Below, piece by piece: positions 50,795 through 64,000 of a stretch of DNA of 64,000 nt. Under the pieces are notes generated by a model. The model was not told where the DNA came from and did no database searches. It saw only the letters and a list, made by a program, of their open reading frames with translations. The stretch's first letter is position 1; each line of letters starts with the position of its first letter. The stretch spans positions 14,223,573 through 14,287,572 of the forward strand of contig NC_069005.1 of NCBI RefSeq assembly GCF_001194135.2. The letters run 5' to 3'. The position numbers and the translations under genes were made by a program. The DNA is from Octopus bimaculoides. Taxonomy: Eukaryota.

Positions 50795-50874
<80 letters not shown>

Positions 50875-51059
50875 TAAATTCAAATTATGATAAACGTAAA
50901 CAAATGAAGTTTGCTTTTAGAAGCGTTGAGATGTCTTAGAAAGTTAAAGAAGTGATTTTAAATTCTCAAACGCAGGATAATGTTAATAATTTAGCCTGAA
51001 CAGGCTATATTATTAATCATTATATATATATATATATATACTTGTGTGTGTATCCGTGA

Positions 51060-51345
51060 AGGCACGTGGCTAGGGCATTCGGCTCACAATTATGAGTTCA
51101 ATCCCTGGCGATGCGTTGTGTCCTTGAGCAAGACACTTTATTTCACGTTGCTCCAGTCCACTCAGTTGGCAAAAATGAGTAGTTCCTGTAATTCAAAGGG
51201 CCAGCCTTGTCACACTCTGTGTCATGTTGAATCTCCCTGAGAACTACGTCAAGGGTACACATGTGTGGAGTGCTCAGCCACTTGTATGTTAATTTCACGT
51301 TGATTGTATCAGCTGGGACCCTCGTCGTAACTGACTGAGTGCTCC
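51060..51345 (+). mobile_element. Family C tRNA-derived SINE; other copies at 51925-52200 (+), 52425-52710 (-) and 57140-57400 (-)
   Basis: GAGTTCAATCCC B-box-like motif, then GTGTCCTTGAGCAAGACACTTTATTTCACGTTGCTCCAGTCCACTCAG. Confidence 0.8.
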
Positions 51346-54300
51346 TATCTGTATATATAATTATGTTTCATATATCAAGCTTAATCATGTTTATCTACCT
51401 CACTCTCTCCATATCAGCTCACCTGGATTTTTCTTATAGCCACTCTTCACCCCATGGGCCTAGTCCTTGATAAAAATTTCAGAATTTAAGTTCAAATCAT
51501 TTGAGCATTTCCAGCTCTCACCTATTGACTGTATGTATATATTGTGGGGGGAGGGGAGTGCATACTGGCTTGGGAAAATCTGCATAGAAATGAGCAAAGT
51601 ATCAATTAAATAATTATTCAAAATTATTAGTAATTATATATGAGGGTTAAAAGGCATAGTCAAGTTTTCCGTATTTATACAAGTATAATATATGTTTTTT
51701 TGGGGTTTTTTCTCCCAAATTGTGAAATCTAAATATTAGCAGTCTGCATTATACACAAGGACTAAATGTCTCTCTCACCTGTCATGTTCAGGATGGCTGA
51801 CCCAGGAGTTAGTTGTTGCTATTGCCCAGCTTAACTAATGTGGAACAAGGAATTAAGATCACCATATTAATGTCACATTATTTTGTGGTAAGTGTTTAGT
51901 GTGGAATTACTCTCATCAAGTGAAGGGGCATAGTTCAGTGGTTAGAACATCAGGCTTACAATCGTAAGGTTGTGGGTTCAATTTCTGGACTGGGCTGTCT
52001 ATTGTGTCCTTGAGCAAGACACTTTATTTCCCTTTGCTCCAGTTCATTCAACTGTAGAAATGAGTTGCAGCATCACTGGTGCCAAGGTGTATCAGCCTTT
52101 ATCTGTCCCTTGGACAACATTGCTGGCATGGAGAGGGGAAAATAGTATGCATGGATGGTTGCTGATCTAATACAACCTTACTCAGAGTGGAACTTTCTAG
52201 GTGAAATCCTTTGATAATTCATGGGATTTTACTCTCGTCAACAATCATGGAAGAAGTTCTACTCTGCATTGTTTTTTTTTTTTACCCTTCATACTTGTTC
52301 ATGTTGATGACTTTACAAATGACACTGGTAAAGTTCAAAAGTCACTTTAGATTTGGCTTGCTGTTTTGAGGATCCATGGTCCCTTTCCCAATGTATTTTA
52401 GGTAACAATTATAATAACTGGCACTCCATCAATTACAGCAATGGAGGTTCCAGTTAATCCAATCAATGGAACAGTCTGCTTGTGAAATTAATGTGCAAGT
52501 GGCTGAGCACCCCACAGATGTGTTCTCTGAACGTAGTTCACAAGGAGATTCAGTGTGATAAGGTTGGCCCTTTGAAAATACATGTACTACTCATTTTTGT
52601 CAGCTGAGTGGACTGGAGCAATGTGAAATAAAGCGTCTTGCTCTAGGACACAATGTGCCGCCTGGGGTTGAACTCCCGACCTTACGATCATGTGCTGAAT
52701 AGCCCTAACCACAGACGTGCTTTCAGACAGCAATTAATAAAAGTGCTCCAAAAACAAATTTTGTTTATAGATGCTGGCATGAATACAGAAGTCTGCTACC
52801 CAACTATGTGGTCTTCAGTTCAGTCCCTCTGTGCGGCACCTTGGACTATAGCCTCATGCTGACTAATGCCTTGTGAGTGAATTTTATAGACAAGCTGTGT
52901 GTAGACATTTGTTTGTATGTATGTGTGTCTCATCACAATTATTGATGTCCCTGTAACAAAAGGGAATCAATGCAAAAGAGAATCGGGAAATTTGATCCTG
53001 TCAGTGCATGGCTGTAATCCAATGACTAAAATGAAAGAATTATATGCAAAAAAGATTTTGGTTGGGAATTTTAAGATTTATAATCTGTGATACACACTAT
53101 ACATGTGCATTGCATCTTATCACTTACTCATTAGAGTTATTAGAGTGCTACTGGGGGTCCAATGCCTTGAAGGGTTTTAGTCCAACAAATTGGCCTCAGC
53201 CCCCTTTTTCTTTCTTTCTGTAAGCCTGGTACTCATTCTCTGGGTCTCTTTTTGCCAAACTGCTAATGTTTACTATGACATAAAAAAACATTGGTTGTCA
53301 AGCAGTGGTGGGAGACAAACACAAAGACGTATGCTCAATAGGCTTCTTTCAGTTTCCATTTACCAAATCTACTCGTAAGGCTTTGGCTGTCCTGGGAGGT
53401 CTAAGTAGAAGACACTTGCCCAAGGTGCCTTGTAGTGGGACTGAACCCGAAACCATGTGGTTGGGAAAGAAACTTTTCTCTACACAGCCATGAATCTGGT
53501 ACATTTGTTTGTGTAAAGCAGTTGTCATTAGAAGGGAAAATTTAAACTGACATTTTGAATGTTTTACAATTATATGTTGCAAGATCTTGAAGAAACTTGT
53601 CTCTGTTGGCAAATACAAAATAAATGAACATTTACATAAAGCAAGGTTATGTAAGCTTGTTGCAAAGAAGAGGGGGGAGAGAGGGCTCTGATGTTTTGGA
53701 AAGGGGACCTTTCATAAATTATGAGCATAGCTGTGGGATTAAGGAGCTTGCTTTGTTTGCAACATCATTTGGGGTTCAGTCTCACTATGTGGAATCTTGG
53801 GCAAGTCTCTTCTACTATAACCCCAAGCTGACCAATTCTTTCTGAGCAGATTTGGAAGACAGAAATGTTATGGAAGCCCAATAAATATGTGTGTGTCTCC
53901 CACCCTTGTTCAACAACTGGTGTTGGTTTGTTTACATTCTTGTAATTTAGCAGTTTAGCAAGAGACTGATAGAACAAGCACAACTTCACAAAATAAGTAC
54001 TGGGATCAATCTATTTGACTAAAACCCTTCAATCCTGGCCACAGTCCCGTGACTGAAACAAGGTAAAAAGGAGAGGGAGACAGAAAGCATAAGGTGGTGA
54101 CTGCTATTGTAGGAGTGTTTTGGCTGAGAAGGTAGAAGCTATGTGAGACTAATGGCAATAAAGATCATAGTTTGAATTGTTCATTTAAGTGAATTATATA
54201 TTTATAGCATCATTTAGCACCCGTTTTCCATGCTGGCATGGGTTGGATGGCTTGACAGGAACTGGTAAGGCCAGGGGTCACACCAGGTTCCATTGTCTGT

Positions 54301-57300
54301 TTTGGCTTGGTCATGTGGCCCCATCACCAGTGCTTTTTAAGTGGCGCCTTGGTTTTAAGATCTCAGTACTGTTGTGGTAAGCAGGTCTTCTCGAGTACTG
54401 CAATGCACCACATATCTCGGTCCTCTATCAATCTCCTTTGTAAGATTCAGCATTTTGAGATAAGCCTTCAGTACGATATATTTATGGAAGTTCAGGCAAA
54501 AATAAATGAAGCCAGGAGTATTAACTCTTGAGAAATAAAACCATTATATGAATTGTTCTAGATGTAAACCAACTTCCTCACCGGTAAAATTTAAGATTTT
54601 ACAATTTGTTGGAAGACAGGAGTCTGCTTTAGTACAATTGGTAGCAGGTCTATCTGGGAAACCAAGTAACAGTGGCGGCAGCAGAGGAACAGTGCACGAC
54701 TGCTGAAGACACTTGCCCAAGGTGCTATGCAGTGGGCCTGAATCCAGAACCATGTGGTTAAAAAGCATCTTACCACCCAGCCATGCCTTTATATGTATAA
54801 AAATAACCAAGATGAACCAAAACAAGGGGCTTCTTTCAGTTTCTGTCTACCAAATCCATTTACAAGGCTTATAGTAGAAGATACTTGCTGAAGTGGGGTT
54901 GAACTGAGAACCAAGTGATTGGGAAGCAAGCTTCTTACCCAACAGCTGAGCCTATGTCCTATGTATAGTTGGATTCATTGTGAGACATTGATAGACTTAT
55001 TTACACATTCTTCAATGCTTCAACATTTGCATCTAAATACATTGAAATAACACACACTCACATGATTAAGGAGCTTCCTAACCATATCTCTGGTTTAAGC
55101 CCAGTGTGTGGCAGATGTAAGTGTCTTCCACTGTAGCTCTAGATTATCTGAGTCTTTGTGAGTGGATTTGGTAGACGGAAACTGTAAGAAAGCCAATGTG
55201 TATATATGAAATATGTCTTTTATCTTGTTTTAATCATTGAACTGCAGCCGTTTTGGGGGCACCTCCTTAAAGGGTTTAGTCAAACAAATCAATCTCGGGA
55301 CTTTTATTTGTAAGTCTGGAACTTAATTCTATCGATCTCTTTTGCTGATCCATTAAATTACAAAAATATAAACTAACATCGGTTGTCAAGCAGTGATAGT
55401 GGGGACCAAATGCAAAGACAGACATCCACATACAATAAGCTTCTTTCAGTTTTCATCTACTAAATCCACTTGCAAAGCTTTTTGTCTGTTGAGCTATAGG
55501 AGAGAACACTTGACGAAGGTGTCATGCAATGGGACAAACCCAGAGCCATATTGTTGTGAAACAAAATTCTTATCACACAGCCATGCCTGTGCCTATGATA
55601 TATATGAGCTGTGCAGTGGGACTGAACCTGAGACCAGATGGTTGGGAAGCAAGCTTCTTAACCTCACCTATTATGTAAAACAAAGATGTAAAATTGTATA
55701 TAAACAAGTCCAAGCTCTTATAGTTTGAATTGATGTGAATTTATTCACAATCCTCAGCACGGGTGGCTGTGTGGTCAAGAAGTTTACTTCCCAACTACAC
55801 TTTTGGGTTCAGTCCTACTGCATGGAACCATGGACAAGAGTCTTCTATTGTAGCTCAATACCTTGTGAATGGATTTTGTCATCATCATTTAGTGTCTGCT
55901 TTCCATGCTGGCATGGGTTAGATGGTTTTATTGAAACTGGTAAGCTGGGGAGCTGCACCAGGTTCCAGTCTGATTTGGCATGGTTTCTACAGCTCAGTGC
56001 CCTTCCTAATGCCTACCACTCCAAGAGTGTAATGGATGCTTTTTACATGGCACTGGTATCAGCCACAACTGTTATTTCACTTGACTTGCCGAGTCTTCTC
56101 AAGTATGGCATATTGCCAATGGTTTTGGTCACTTGTCACCTCCATGAGGCCCAATGTTCAAAGGGTGCTTTTGATGTGCCATTGGCACAGGTGCCTGTTG
56201 CATGACACTAGCATCAGCCATGACTACGGTTTCACTTGGCTTGATGGGTCTTCTCAAGCACAGCATATCACCAAAGGTCTCAGTCACTTGTCAGTTTCCA
56301 TGAGAATCAACATTCAAAGATCATGTCACCACCTCGTCCCATGTCTTCCTGACTCTACCTCTTCCACAAGTTCCCTCCAAAGATTTGGTAGACAGAAAAT
56401 GTGTGAATGTCCATTGTATATAACAAGACAAACACAGTTTTGTCAAATATACAACATAAATTTGTGATTTATTAAAATTCTCTCCACCTCTCGAGGATGT
56501 ATCATAAAACCAGCTCCACTTGTGAAGGGGAGTAATCGCAAGAATGAAGAATTCTCCAAAACCAACATGTCATTAGGAAAAGGACAGGCTTATAGTCTGG
56601 AAGTAAGAGGACAGTAGTGGATACATGTTTCCAGCTCAATAGTCTTTATCAATGCAACAATTGTCTGACCTTATCACCAGTAGCCAAAGAAGTTGGACTT
56701 ATACAAAAAAACCCAACACATAACAAAGGAAAATGAACTGAGAGAACTAACTCAGTGGCATGTATTTGAATCACAGACAACATAACTTGATTTATCAAAA
56801 TTCTCTCCTCCTCCAGAAGACGTTCTCATAATTGCCAAATAACAATTAAGATTAGCTCAACTTGAGAAGGGGAGATAATCTCCAAAGCTGACATCCCCTT
56901 AAGGAAAGGGCAGATTTGTTATCTGGTGATAAGAGGACAGTTGACATGATGTGTTTGTCCCACCAGCACCACCCGACAACCGATATTGGTTTGTTTACAT
57001 CCCCTCTAACTTAGCGGTTCAGCAAATGAAGCCAGTAGAATAAGTATTGCAGTTGATTTTGTTTAACTAAACCTGTCAAGGTAGTGCCCCAGCATGACCA
57101 CAGTCCAATGACTGAAACAAAAGACAAAGGAAACATTTTATGTATTTCATCATGTGACCGACCAGGCTGACAGATGTTACACATCGCTGATCACAATGCG
57201 TTTTGCATTGTTTTAGCCTTCAAATGACACCACCCCACTGGTTAGGCAAGCAAGCCAACATTTCCCCTGATCAAAAAGGTGACTGGAGCAACATGAGATG

Positions 57301-57639
57301 AAGTGTTTTGCTCAAGAACATGCTGTGCCATCCAATCAGAGAATTGAACCCATGATCTAGCGATCATGAGTGAAACAGCCTAACCACTAGGCCACGTACC
57401 TTCACATGAAATTCATAATGACGCTAAATTTATTTCTGAAGTCATCTGTAGTTAGCCTCTACAACTAAATTGAGATACTGTTGAGCTGAAGAGCAAAAGG
57501 CCCTGGTTCTGTTTTGACCTTATAATCAATATTCTTGTATTGTGACTTTGGGTGCCAACATATTGGCACGTAATCATCACTACAATAAGATATATATATA
57601 TATATATATATCACACATTTATTACATATGTACATATAC

Positions 57640-57930
57640 AAAGGTAGGTAATAATCTTGAACACCAACTGCCTCTTACGACTTGTGTCATATGTCACAAA
57701 ACTTGTAAGACAATATCTGGACTTAAAAGACATATGCTAGTTCACAAAAACAGTCCTTCAGAATTAGATTCCAAAGGGCAAAGATATAGAAGAAACTTGA
57801 ATAATATCTGTTACTTGTATTTTAAACCCTGTCAGTGGCTGGTCTTAAAAGTCATCTGAGGTTTCATTACCAGAGGGATTGTGCTGTGTTGATGGGACAG
57901 CTATCATCTGTCAAGATGAAGCCGTCATCA
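57640..57930 (+). pseudogene. 3' fragment of an RTE-like LINE ORF with C-terminal zinc fingers
   Basis: CVICHKTCKTISGLKRHMLVH plus a frameshifted second finger ending AGLKSHLR; no splice signals or host-gene context. Confidence 0.5.
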
Positions 57931-57940
57931 CAGGTGTAAA

Positions 57941-58556
57941 CAAGGTGCGTTAAAAAAGTATCCGACTATTTTTTCTTGCCAAAACTAATGGTGCATGGGC
58001 AGGGTGGGAGGTGATGCCATCCTTCCTGTGCATACAGGAAAATTTTTCACACTGGTAGGCCATGTCAGTTCCTTGATGTTATGCCTAGAGTACAGGCGTA
58101 GTGCACGATTGTGGGATTTTTGTTTTCATGCAAGGTGACCAAATGCATCAAGCAGAGATATTGCATTAAGTTTTCCCAAAAGCTTCATGCTACTCGAGTT
58201 CAAATCATCCAAAGGTCTAAGCAGGTATTTGGCAATGATTCCATGAGTAAAAAGGAGTGGTACGACTTCTTCAGTGGAGAGCAAAGCTCTGTCAGGCAGG
58301 CCATCCACAAACTGAGACAAGGAACCAATTGAGAAGGTTTGGTGAATAGTCATAAGAACGTCATGTGACAATCCAGGAAATTACTCATGAAATGGGATTA
58401 AACATAGGATCAGTGCATTCCATTTTAACAGAGAATTTGTGCATGCAGAGTATTGGCAAAAAAATAATATCAACTACTTTTTGGATGTCCCTCACAATTC
58501 AAGCTTTCCTGGTCAAGAACTTGTTTGACAGGCTTCCTACTCTCCTGACTTTCTAG
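57941..58556 (+). mobile_element. 5' fragment of an irritans-like mariner
   Basis: Terminus CAAGGTGCGTTAAAAAAGTATCCGAC; remnants KQRYCIKFSQKL ... QVFGNDSMS and TIQEITHEMGLNIGSVHSILTENLCM. Confidence 0.7.
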
Positions 58557-58599
58557 TAAGTGAGAATTCGTCAGAAGGCCTCCAGGAAAGCAAAACAAT

Positions 58600-59327
58600 C
58601 CATGTTACATGACGAAAACTGAAGTGTCTGATGTTTTGGAGATACATAAAAAGTTGGTTAAAAATTGACAGTAACTTGAATAGTGCCAAATATATCCAGT
58701 TGCTGAAGGACAGTTTGACACCAGACTTGGATGAAGGTGAGATTTTTCAGCATAATGGAACTCCATGCCACAGATTGCATGCAACACAACAGAGTCTGGC
58801 TGATAAAGGTGTTACTGTATTGAAAGATTGGCCAGCTCAGAGCCCCTATTTAAATATCATCAAGCAATGTGGACAGAACTAAGAGTTTTCTTCAGAAGAA
58901 AAAATGCAATCTCATATGTGTTAAGGTGGTGAAAGATTTGTACACATCTCTTCCCAGGTGCATTGAAGCAATTATTCAAGATAAGGGAAGCCACACAAAA
59001 TATTAACAATGTACAGAAACTTCTTGAAATGAACATTATGCAATAAATTTTCATTATAGACATTATTCTGTTTTAAAACACTATTTTTATTGGTTTATGT
59101 GAGGTGCCTGAAAACTTTTGCACAGCCATTTTTGGTACTCATCTTGCATCTTCCTCTCTCATTCTGAACCTCTACTACAAAATATAATGATTAGGTATGG
59201 AAATGACTCCAGCAGGGCCAATGTTTCATCTGTAAAAAGCGCAATGCAAAACGTTCACTTATAAGTTGGCAATTAGGAGAAATTTACAATAGTTTAAAGT
59301 GGCCAAAGACTTTTGCACAGTACTCTG
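58600..59327 (+). mobile_element. 3' fragment of a Tc1-family element
   Basis: ORF 58631..58882 has IDSNLNSAKYIQLL, FQHNGTPCH and DWPAQSPYLNII; Tc1-like end motif ACTTTTGCACAG at ~59114 and ~59311. Confidence 0.8.
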
Positions 59328-60465
59328 TTTGTGTATGTATACATACACGCACAGTATTGGTAAAAGGCATCTATATACGAATCTATACATATACCTGTAT
59401 AGGAAAGTCTTTATATGAATATACATATAAAATATAAATCAGGGAGAAATGCATCCAAAATGCTGAAGACTTGAAAGAAACATGGGATGAAGATGACGTT
59501 GACCTGACAGCAGAATCAGTCAATCATTTAAGTTGACAGCAGTTTGATGGATTGCAAGATTAAGAAATGGGTGTAGAGAATGCTGCAGGTCCATCTGACA
59601 TAGTTGCAGAGATGCCCAAAACATCTGGTGGTGGTGATTTATGTGTGTACAAGCATGTTACTTGGTGACCTTGCTGGTACTGATGCCTCGTAAAAAGCAC
59701 TCAGTACACTCTGGTGTAGAACCAGGAGTTAGGTGTTCTTTAGCTTGCCAGCATGAAAAATGGACATTAAATGGTGGTGGTCACCTCAGTAGCTAATCAA
59801 TACAGGAAGATGTCATATCCAGTGGATGTACATGAGAGAAGGAAATATAGATATAGTAACCCTTTGGCATTCAAATTACTTTAGTAAATGTAATCTTTAT
59901 TTACATTGCTTTGAATTAATTCTGTATTACCTCATAGCTTCCAGATTTTAATGATGTGGTTGTATATTTTTAGAATGATATTGTAGAGCAGTTTCTCTCT
60001 TTCTCTCTTTTACTTGTTTCAGTCATTTGACTGCAGCCATGATGGAGCACTGCCTTTAGTCGAGCAAATCGAACCCAAGACTTATTCTTTGTAAGCCTAG
60101 TACTTATTCTATCAGTCTCTTTTGCTGAACTGTGAAGTTATGGGGACGTAAACACACCAGCATTGGTTGTCAAGTGATGTTGGGGGGACAAACACAAACA
60201 CACACATATACATATATATGATGGGCTTCTTTCAGTTTCCGTCTACCAAATCCACTCACAAGGCTTTGGTCGGCCTGAGGCTATAGTAAAAGACACATGC
60301 CCAAGGTGCTATACAGTGGGACTGAACCCGGAACCATGTGGTTGGTAAGCAAGCTACTTGCCACACAGCCGCTCCTGCACCTATATGTTATGTTATGAAC
60401 AATTTGAACATAAAACAGGTAGAATATTTGGGCCGAATATGACCAGTTTAAATGCTAAAGGATTA

Positions 60466-61345
60466 AATTATTGGATCAGGTTATGAGGGTCACAGAAAGG
60501 ATCATAACACAATTGATGGACATATGCACCACAAGTCATTTACATGGTGAGAAATGTATTTCACAGACAGCACGATTGGTGAACACTGGCAAACACCAGT
60601 GTCTGGATTTGTACAAAGGCAGTGGTAGGGGGATGAACACATACACACACCCCGAGATAAGTGTCAACCTTGATTAAATGCAGTTAGGTTTAGTGCTTGG
60701 AAGAGGTACCACAGATGCAATCTTCCTAGTCAGACAGCTGCAGGATTGACCGATTGCCATGCTTTGTAATCTGGTGAACCCTGTGGAAACTAAACGTAAA
60801 TGAATGACCTGTGAGGTCTGTACAAGCCAGGAAGTAAAGTCACCAATGAGTTCAGTGTAAGGTACGGGTCTATCAAGACTCAGTCCTCAGACCCTTTTCA
60901 TCACAGGAGTTAAAAACCAGTTATCCATGGGAACTTCTATATTATGATGATTTGGATCTATACCTGAATTTAAAGAAGTTACAGGCATGAAGTAAAACCT
61001 TGAAGCAAGAGACCTTGATGTAAACCTAAAACGATGAAATAAGACAGGACCTTAGTATTGTCAGAGAAATTGCCATGCTTGGTATACAAAAAAAAGAAGC
61101 AAGTAGGAACTCCATACGCTGTACCTTGTGTAAGCTATGTGTTTGCAAGAGGTGTAATGGAATGACGTAGGCTAACAGTGAAAGTAAGCTTTGAATGTGG
61201 CAGATGCACTGGAGCAATATACACTAAGTGTACACCAGGGATAGATTTCTAAATGGCCATCTGGCTAACTTGAAGTTGCCTGAGTGACAATTCAGTGAAG
61301 GTGATGGTGGTTCAGAAAGTATACTAACCAGGATGAGAACAGGTT
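60466..61345 (+). pseudogene. RTE-clade LINE reverse transcriptase remnant
   Basis: DQVMRVTERII; MQLGLVLGRGTTDAIFLVRQLQ; VYQDSVL; PWELLYYDDL (YADD box); RNSIRCTLCKLCVCKRCNG. Confidence 0.85.
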
Positions 61346-61400
61346 ACACATAGCTATAGTCACACATAGATATTTGTGTGTGCTTGTGTATATATATATA

Positions 61401-61858
61401 TAATTAACATCAAATTTTTCACTTGCAGTGAGTTCCCACTCCTTTCCCCCAGTTAATATTCCATTTGTTTTATATTCTTATACATCTTAAAAGTCTGTAT
61501 ATATATATATGTACACACATTCTCTCACACACTATATAAATATTTATGTATTTATATATATATATATATATATANNNNNNNNNNNNNNNNNNNNNNNNNN
61601 NNNNNNNNNNNNNNNNNNNNNNNNNNNNTATAAATACATAAATATTTATATAGTGTGTGAGAGAATGTGTGTACATATATATATATATATATATATAAAT
61701 ACATAAATATTTATATAGTGTGTGAGAGAATGTGTGTACATATATATATATATATATACAGACTTTTAAGATGTATAAGAATATAAAACAAATGGAATAT
61801 TAACTGGGGGAAAGGGGTGGGAACTCACTGCAAGTGAAAAATTTGATGTTAATTATAT
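61401..61858. repeat. Long inverted repeat (~170-bp arms) around (TA)n and a 54-N gap
   Basis: TAATTAACATCAAATTTTTCACTTGCAGTGAGTTCCC... is mirrored at 61858 with one visible substitution; a 60-bp internal unit is repeated at 61629-61748. Confidence 0.7.
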
Positions 61859-61899
61859 TGACAATGACTTTACTGATTTACCATCAGTAGTTGGTGTCA

Positions 61900-62340
61900 T
61901 CGAACTACAAGTAATCTACTTATGGTGTACACACCAAAAGTTTATCAATGATGCTACTGGGATTGATTAGATATATAGATATATATCTGTTTTACTATTT
62001 TAAAATAGTCTGAGCTGGTAAGCAAAGTCAGTAATTGCTTCATATGAAAGAATACCAATAATTTGTGCATTATACGTCCAAAATATAACAGATTGACAAT
62101 AATTGTTTTTGGACTTTCAGCTTTACTAGTACGGTGGCATTTGTTACGTTGTCTTTCCAGTTTATTCTGCCCAATAAACGAAAGATTCACATCTCAATGA
62201 CTTCTAACTTCTTTTCCATTGCTCTGCATATTGTCCTCCAAGCTTCTGCCTCATCCAGGACAATTACCATTATATAACAGTTTGCTAACCTCAATTTTAG
62301 ATGCTATGTTATGTCTTTTGAGGGGAAAATCTTTGTCAAG
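61900..62340 (-). pseudogene. Possible decayed RTE/BovB-type LINE C-terminal fragment
   Basis: Weak motifs IVLDEAEAWRT (cf. LLYGAETWT) and LLYFGRIMH (cf. LRYFGHIMR). Confidence 0.4.
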
Positions 62341-63069
62341 TACCAATGATGAAATAATATCTTTTATCTTTCCGGTTTTTTTTCCTTGCTTCAGTCATTA
62401 GACAGAGGTCATGCTGGGACACAGCCTTGAAAAATTGTTAGTCAGAGGAGTCAGCTCCAAGACTTATTTTTTAAAGCCTGATACTTATTCTGTTGGTCTC
62501 TTTTGCTGAACCACTAAGTTATTTGGATGTAAACACACTAAACCAGTTGTCAAGCATTGGTAGAGATACACGCGTTGATGCAAACAGGAAAAATAGAACT
62601 CAAAATATGAGTATATGTATATTTTTATTAATATTTAGCAGAAGTAACAGAGTGACTCAAGAGCAGAGATTTTCCTGTGTTGGCACTTTATATATGATAT
62701 GGAAATTCAGTTGTCACTAATTGTGACTGACGGTGCAGGTTAGCATCTACATTGCTAGAAATAAGAACTAAAAAGCCCTTTTACCTGCAGGAAACATGTC
62801 TATGCACTGACAGGGGAGATAACCGCCCTACAGCGAGCGAGATCACCATACTAGTCTCGTTTCACTTCGAATTAAAGCTCCTCAGTGGTGACTACTTCAT
62901 TGCTGGATTGTTTGGCTAAATGCCAACACTCAGTATATAGAATTTACCATTTGAATCAGTGGATGATTCAGCAAAATGGTAATGTGAAAATTACAAAATA
63001 ACGCCATCAAGATTACTTTTTGTATTAATAATGCTTCTGTTACTATCACACACACACACATATATATAA

Positions 63070-64000
63070 AGATAGATAGATAGATAGATATGTTTCTTTA
63101 TTGGCCACACAGGGCTGAACACAGAGGGGACAAAATACAAAGTAGAGCTTTTATTTTGGGGGAAAAAAGAGAAGAAAGAAGAAAAAAAAGTGGGTCGAAT
63201 TCCAATCAAAAGGATCGTGGAAAAAAAAGGGGGCGGGGGCCGATAAATAGGGATTGTGTATCACAGAAATATCAATGTAGAAAGGAAAACAGATTAGGTT
63301 TATCCTTGGAAAGAAAAGCCTACGCAAAAGACTACGGGATCCTTGGGCAATAGTGTCATGCAAAAAAACACATTACAATAAGTGGCTCTCTTTTTTTTTT
63401 TTNNNNNNNNNNNATAGGATTATGCTCAAGCTGGCTCCGTCATTCACACGTGCCATCCTTGCTACATTCACCCATCTTTTTTTTAAACATTCCCTAGACA
63501 AAACTTCCCTCTCTACTCTCACCTTCCTCTTGAAGTGATACTTGAAGAAGTTGATGAGAGATTCACCAGAGAGGAAAGTGTTTATCTCTAGACCTTTCAG
63601 ACGCGTCCACCATAAACATTCTTTCGCCATAAGTACGATGAAAATGGCTCTTCCTTCCCGTTTCAAGGAAGGAGGCACGACAATCGTCACGATAGACTCG
63701 GTTGATAAACTGACTCGTCCCACATGCGATAGAGGTCGTTCGACATATGCCCGCAGGTCGGAAATGGTTGGACACTGTACGAGTGCGTGCAGAACGGTTT
63801 CGTCGCTCTGACCGCATCTCGGGCAGGTCGGACCCGTGTTTCTCGAGCCATGCCTGTAGAGCTTATCTCGATAGCACTGCCAGGCCATGGATCTTTAGTC
63901 CCAGCCCGAAAGTCGTCTTGAACAGGTATTCCTCGTCGACGCCCAGGTTCGCCCCGAGATCGTCGTCATACTTCCCCTCCACGAATCCCCTATAGAATGC
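63070..64000 (-). mobile_element. 3' end of an L1/Tx1-clade LINE, continuing past the window end
   Basis: ORF 63373..63888 has the post-RT zinc knuckle CPRCGQSDETVLHALVQC and AWQCYR..RDKL. The GC-richer coding segment is followed by a U-rich 3' UTR with AATAAA and a (TATC)n tail at ~63070-63090. Confidence 0.85.

Noticed and set aside
56462-56950. Degenerate ~170-bp direct repeat, and ~55-bp repeats at 14229-14395
   Set aside because: Old, highly diverged local duplications with no discernible structure or coding signal.
57660-57860. Separate host C2H2 zinc-finger gene
   Set aside because: One intact and one frameshifted finger with no exon context; this matches the C-terminal fingers of RTE-like LINE ORFs.

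Overview
AT-rich, repeat-dense eukaryotic draft genomic DNA with nine N gaps. The SINE, RTE and microsatellite repertoire looks like a coleoid cephalopod, probably Octopus; this is inferred from recalled repeat families, not from a search. One host gene is well supported, on the + strand. It has an 11.3-kb coding exon (ATG 18108 to GT donor after 29407), a 12.5-kb phase-2 intron and a terminal exon (41882-42629), and encodes about 4,015 aa. The splice rebuilds an exact C-x2-C-x12-H-x4-H finger. The protein has a basic N-terminus with an AT-hook, two coding tandem arrays (11-aa and 13-aa units), poly-Ser, His13 and about 22 dispersed C2H2/C2HC fingers without TGEKP linkers. The rest is mobile DNA: three tRNA-derived SINE families, RTE and L1/Tx1 LINE remnants, two TIR-bounded mariners, Tc1 elements, Helitron ends, and hAT-, piggyBac- and pogo-like MITEs. 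The most unusual structures are a 788-bp foldback element with a head-to-head (TTAGGG)n/(CCCTAA)n core and an 8-bp TSD, two long hairpins just upstream of the terminal-exon acceptor, an Hsmar1-like mariner, and a 3' tail shared by a SINE and the Tx1-like LINE. I found no rRNA, true tRNA, CRISPR or prokaryotic system. Most short ORFs in the track are microsatellite, gap or antisense artefacts.
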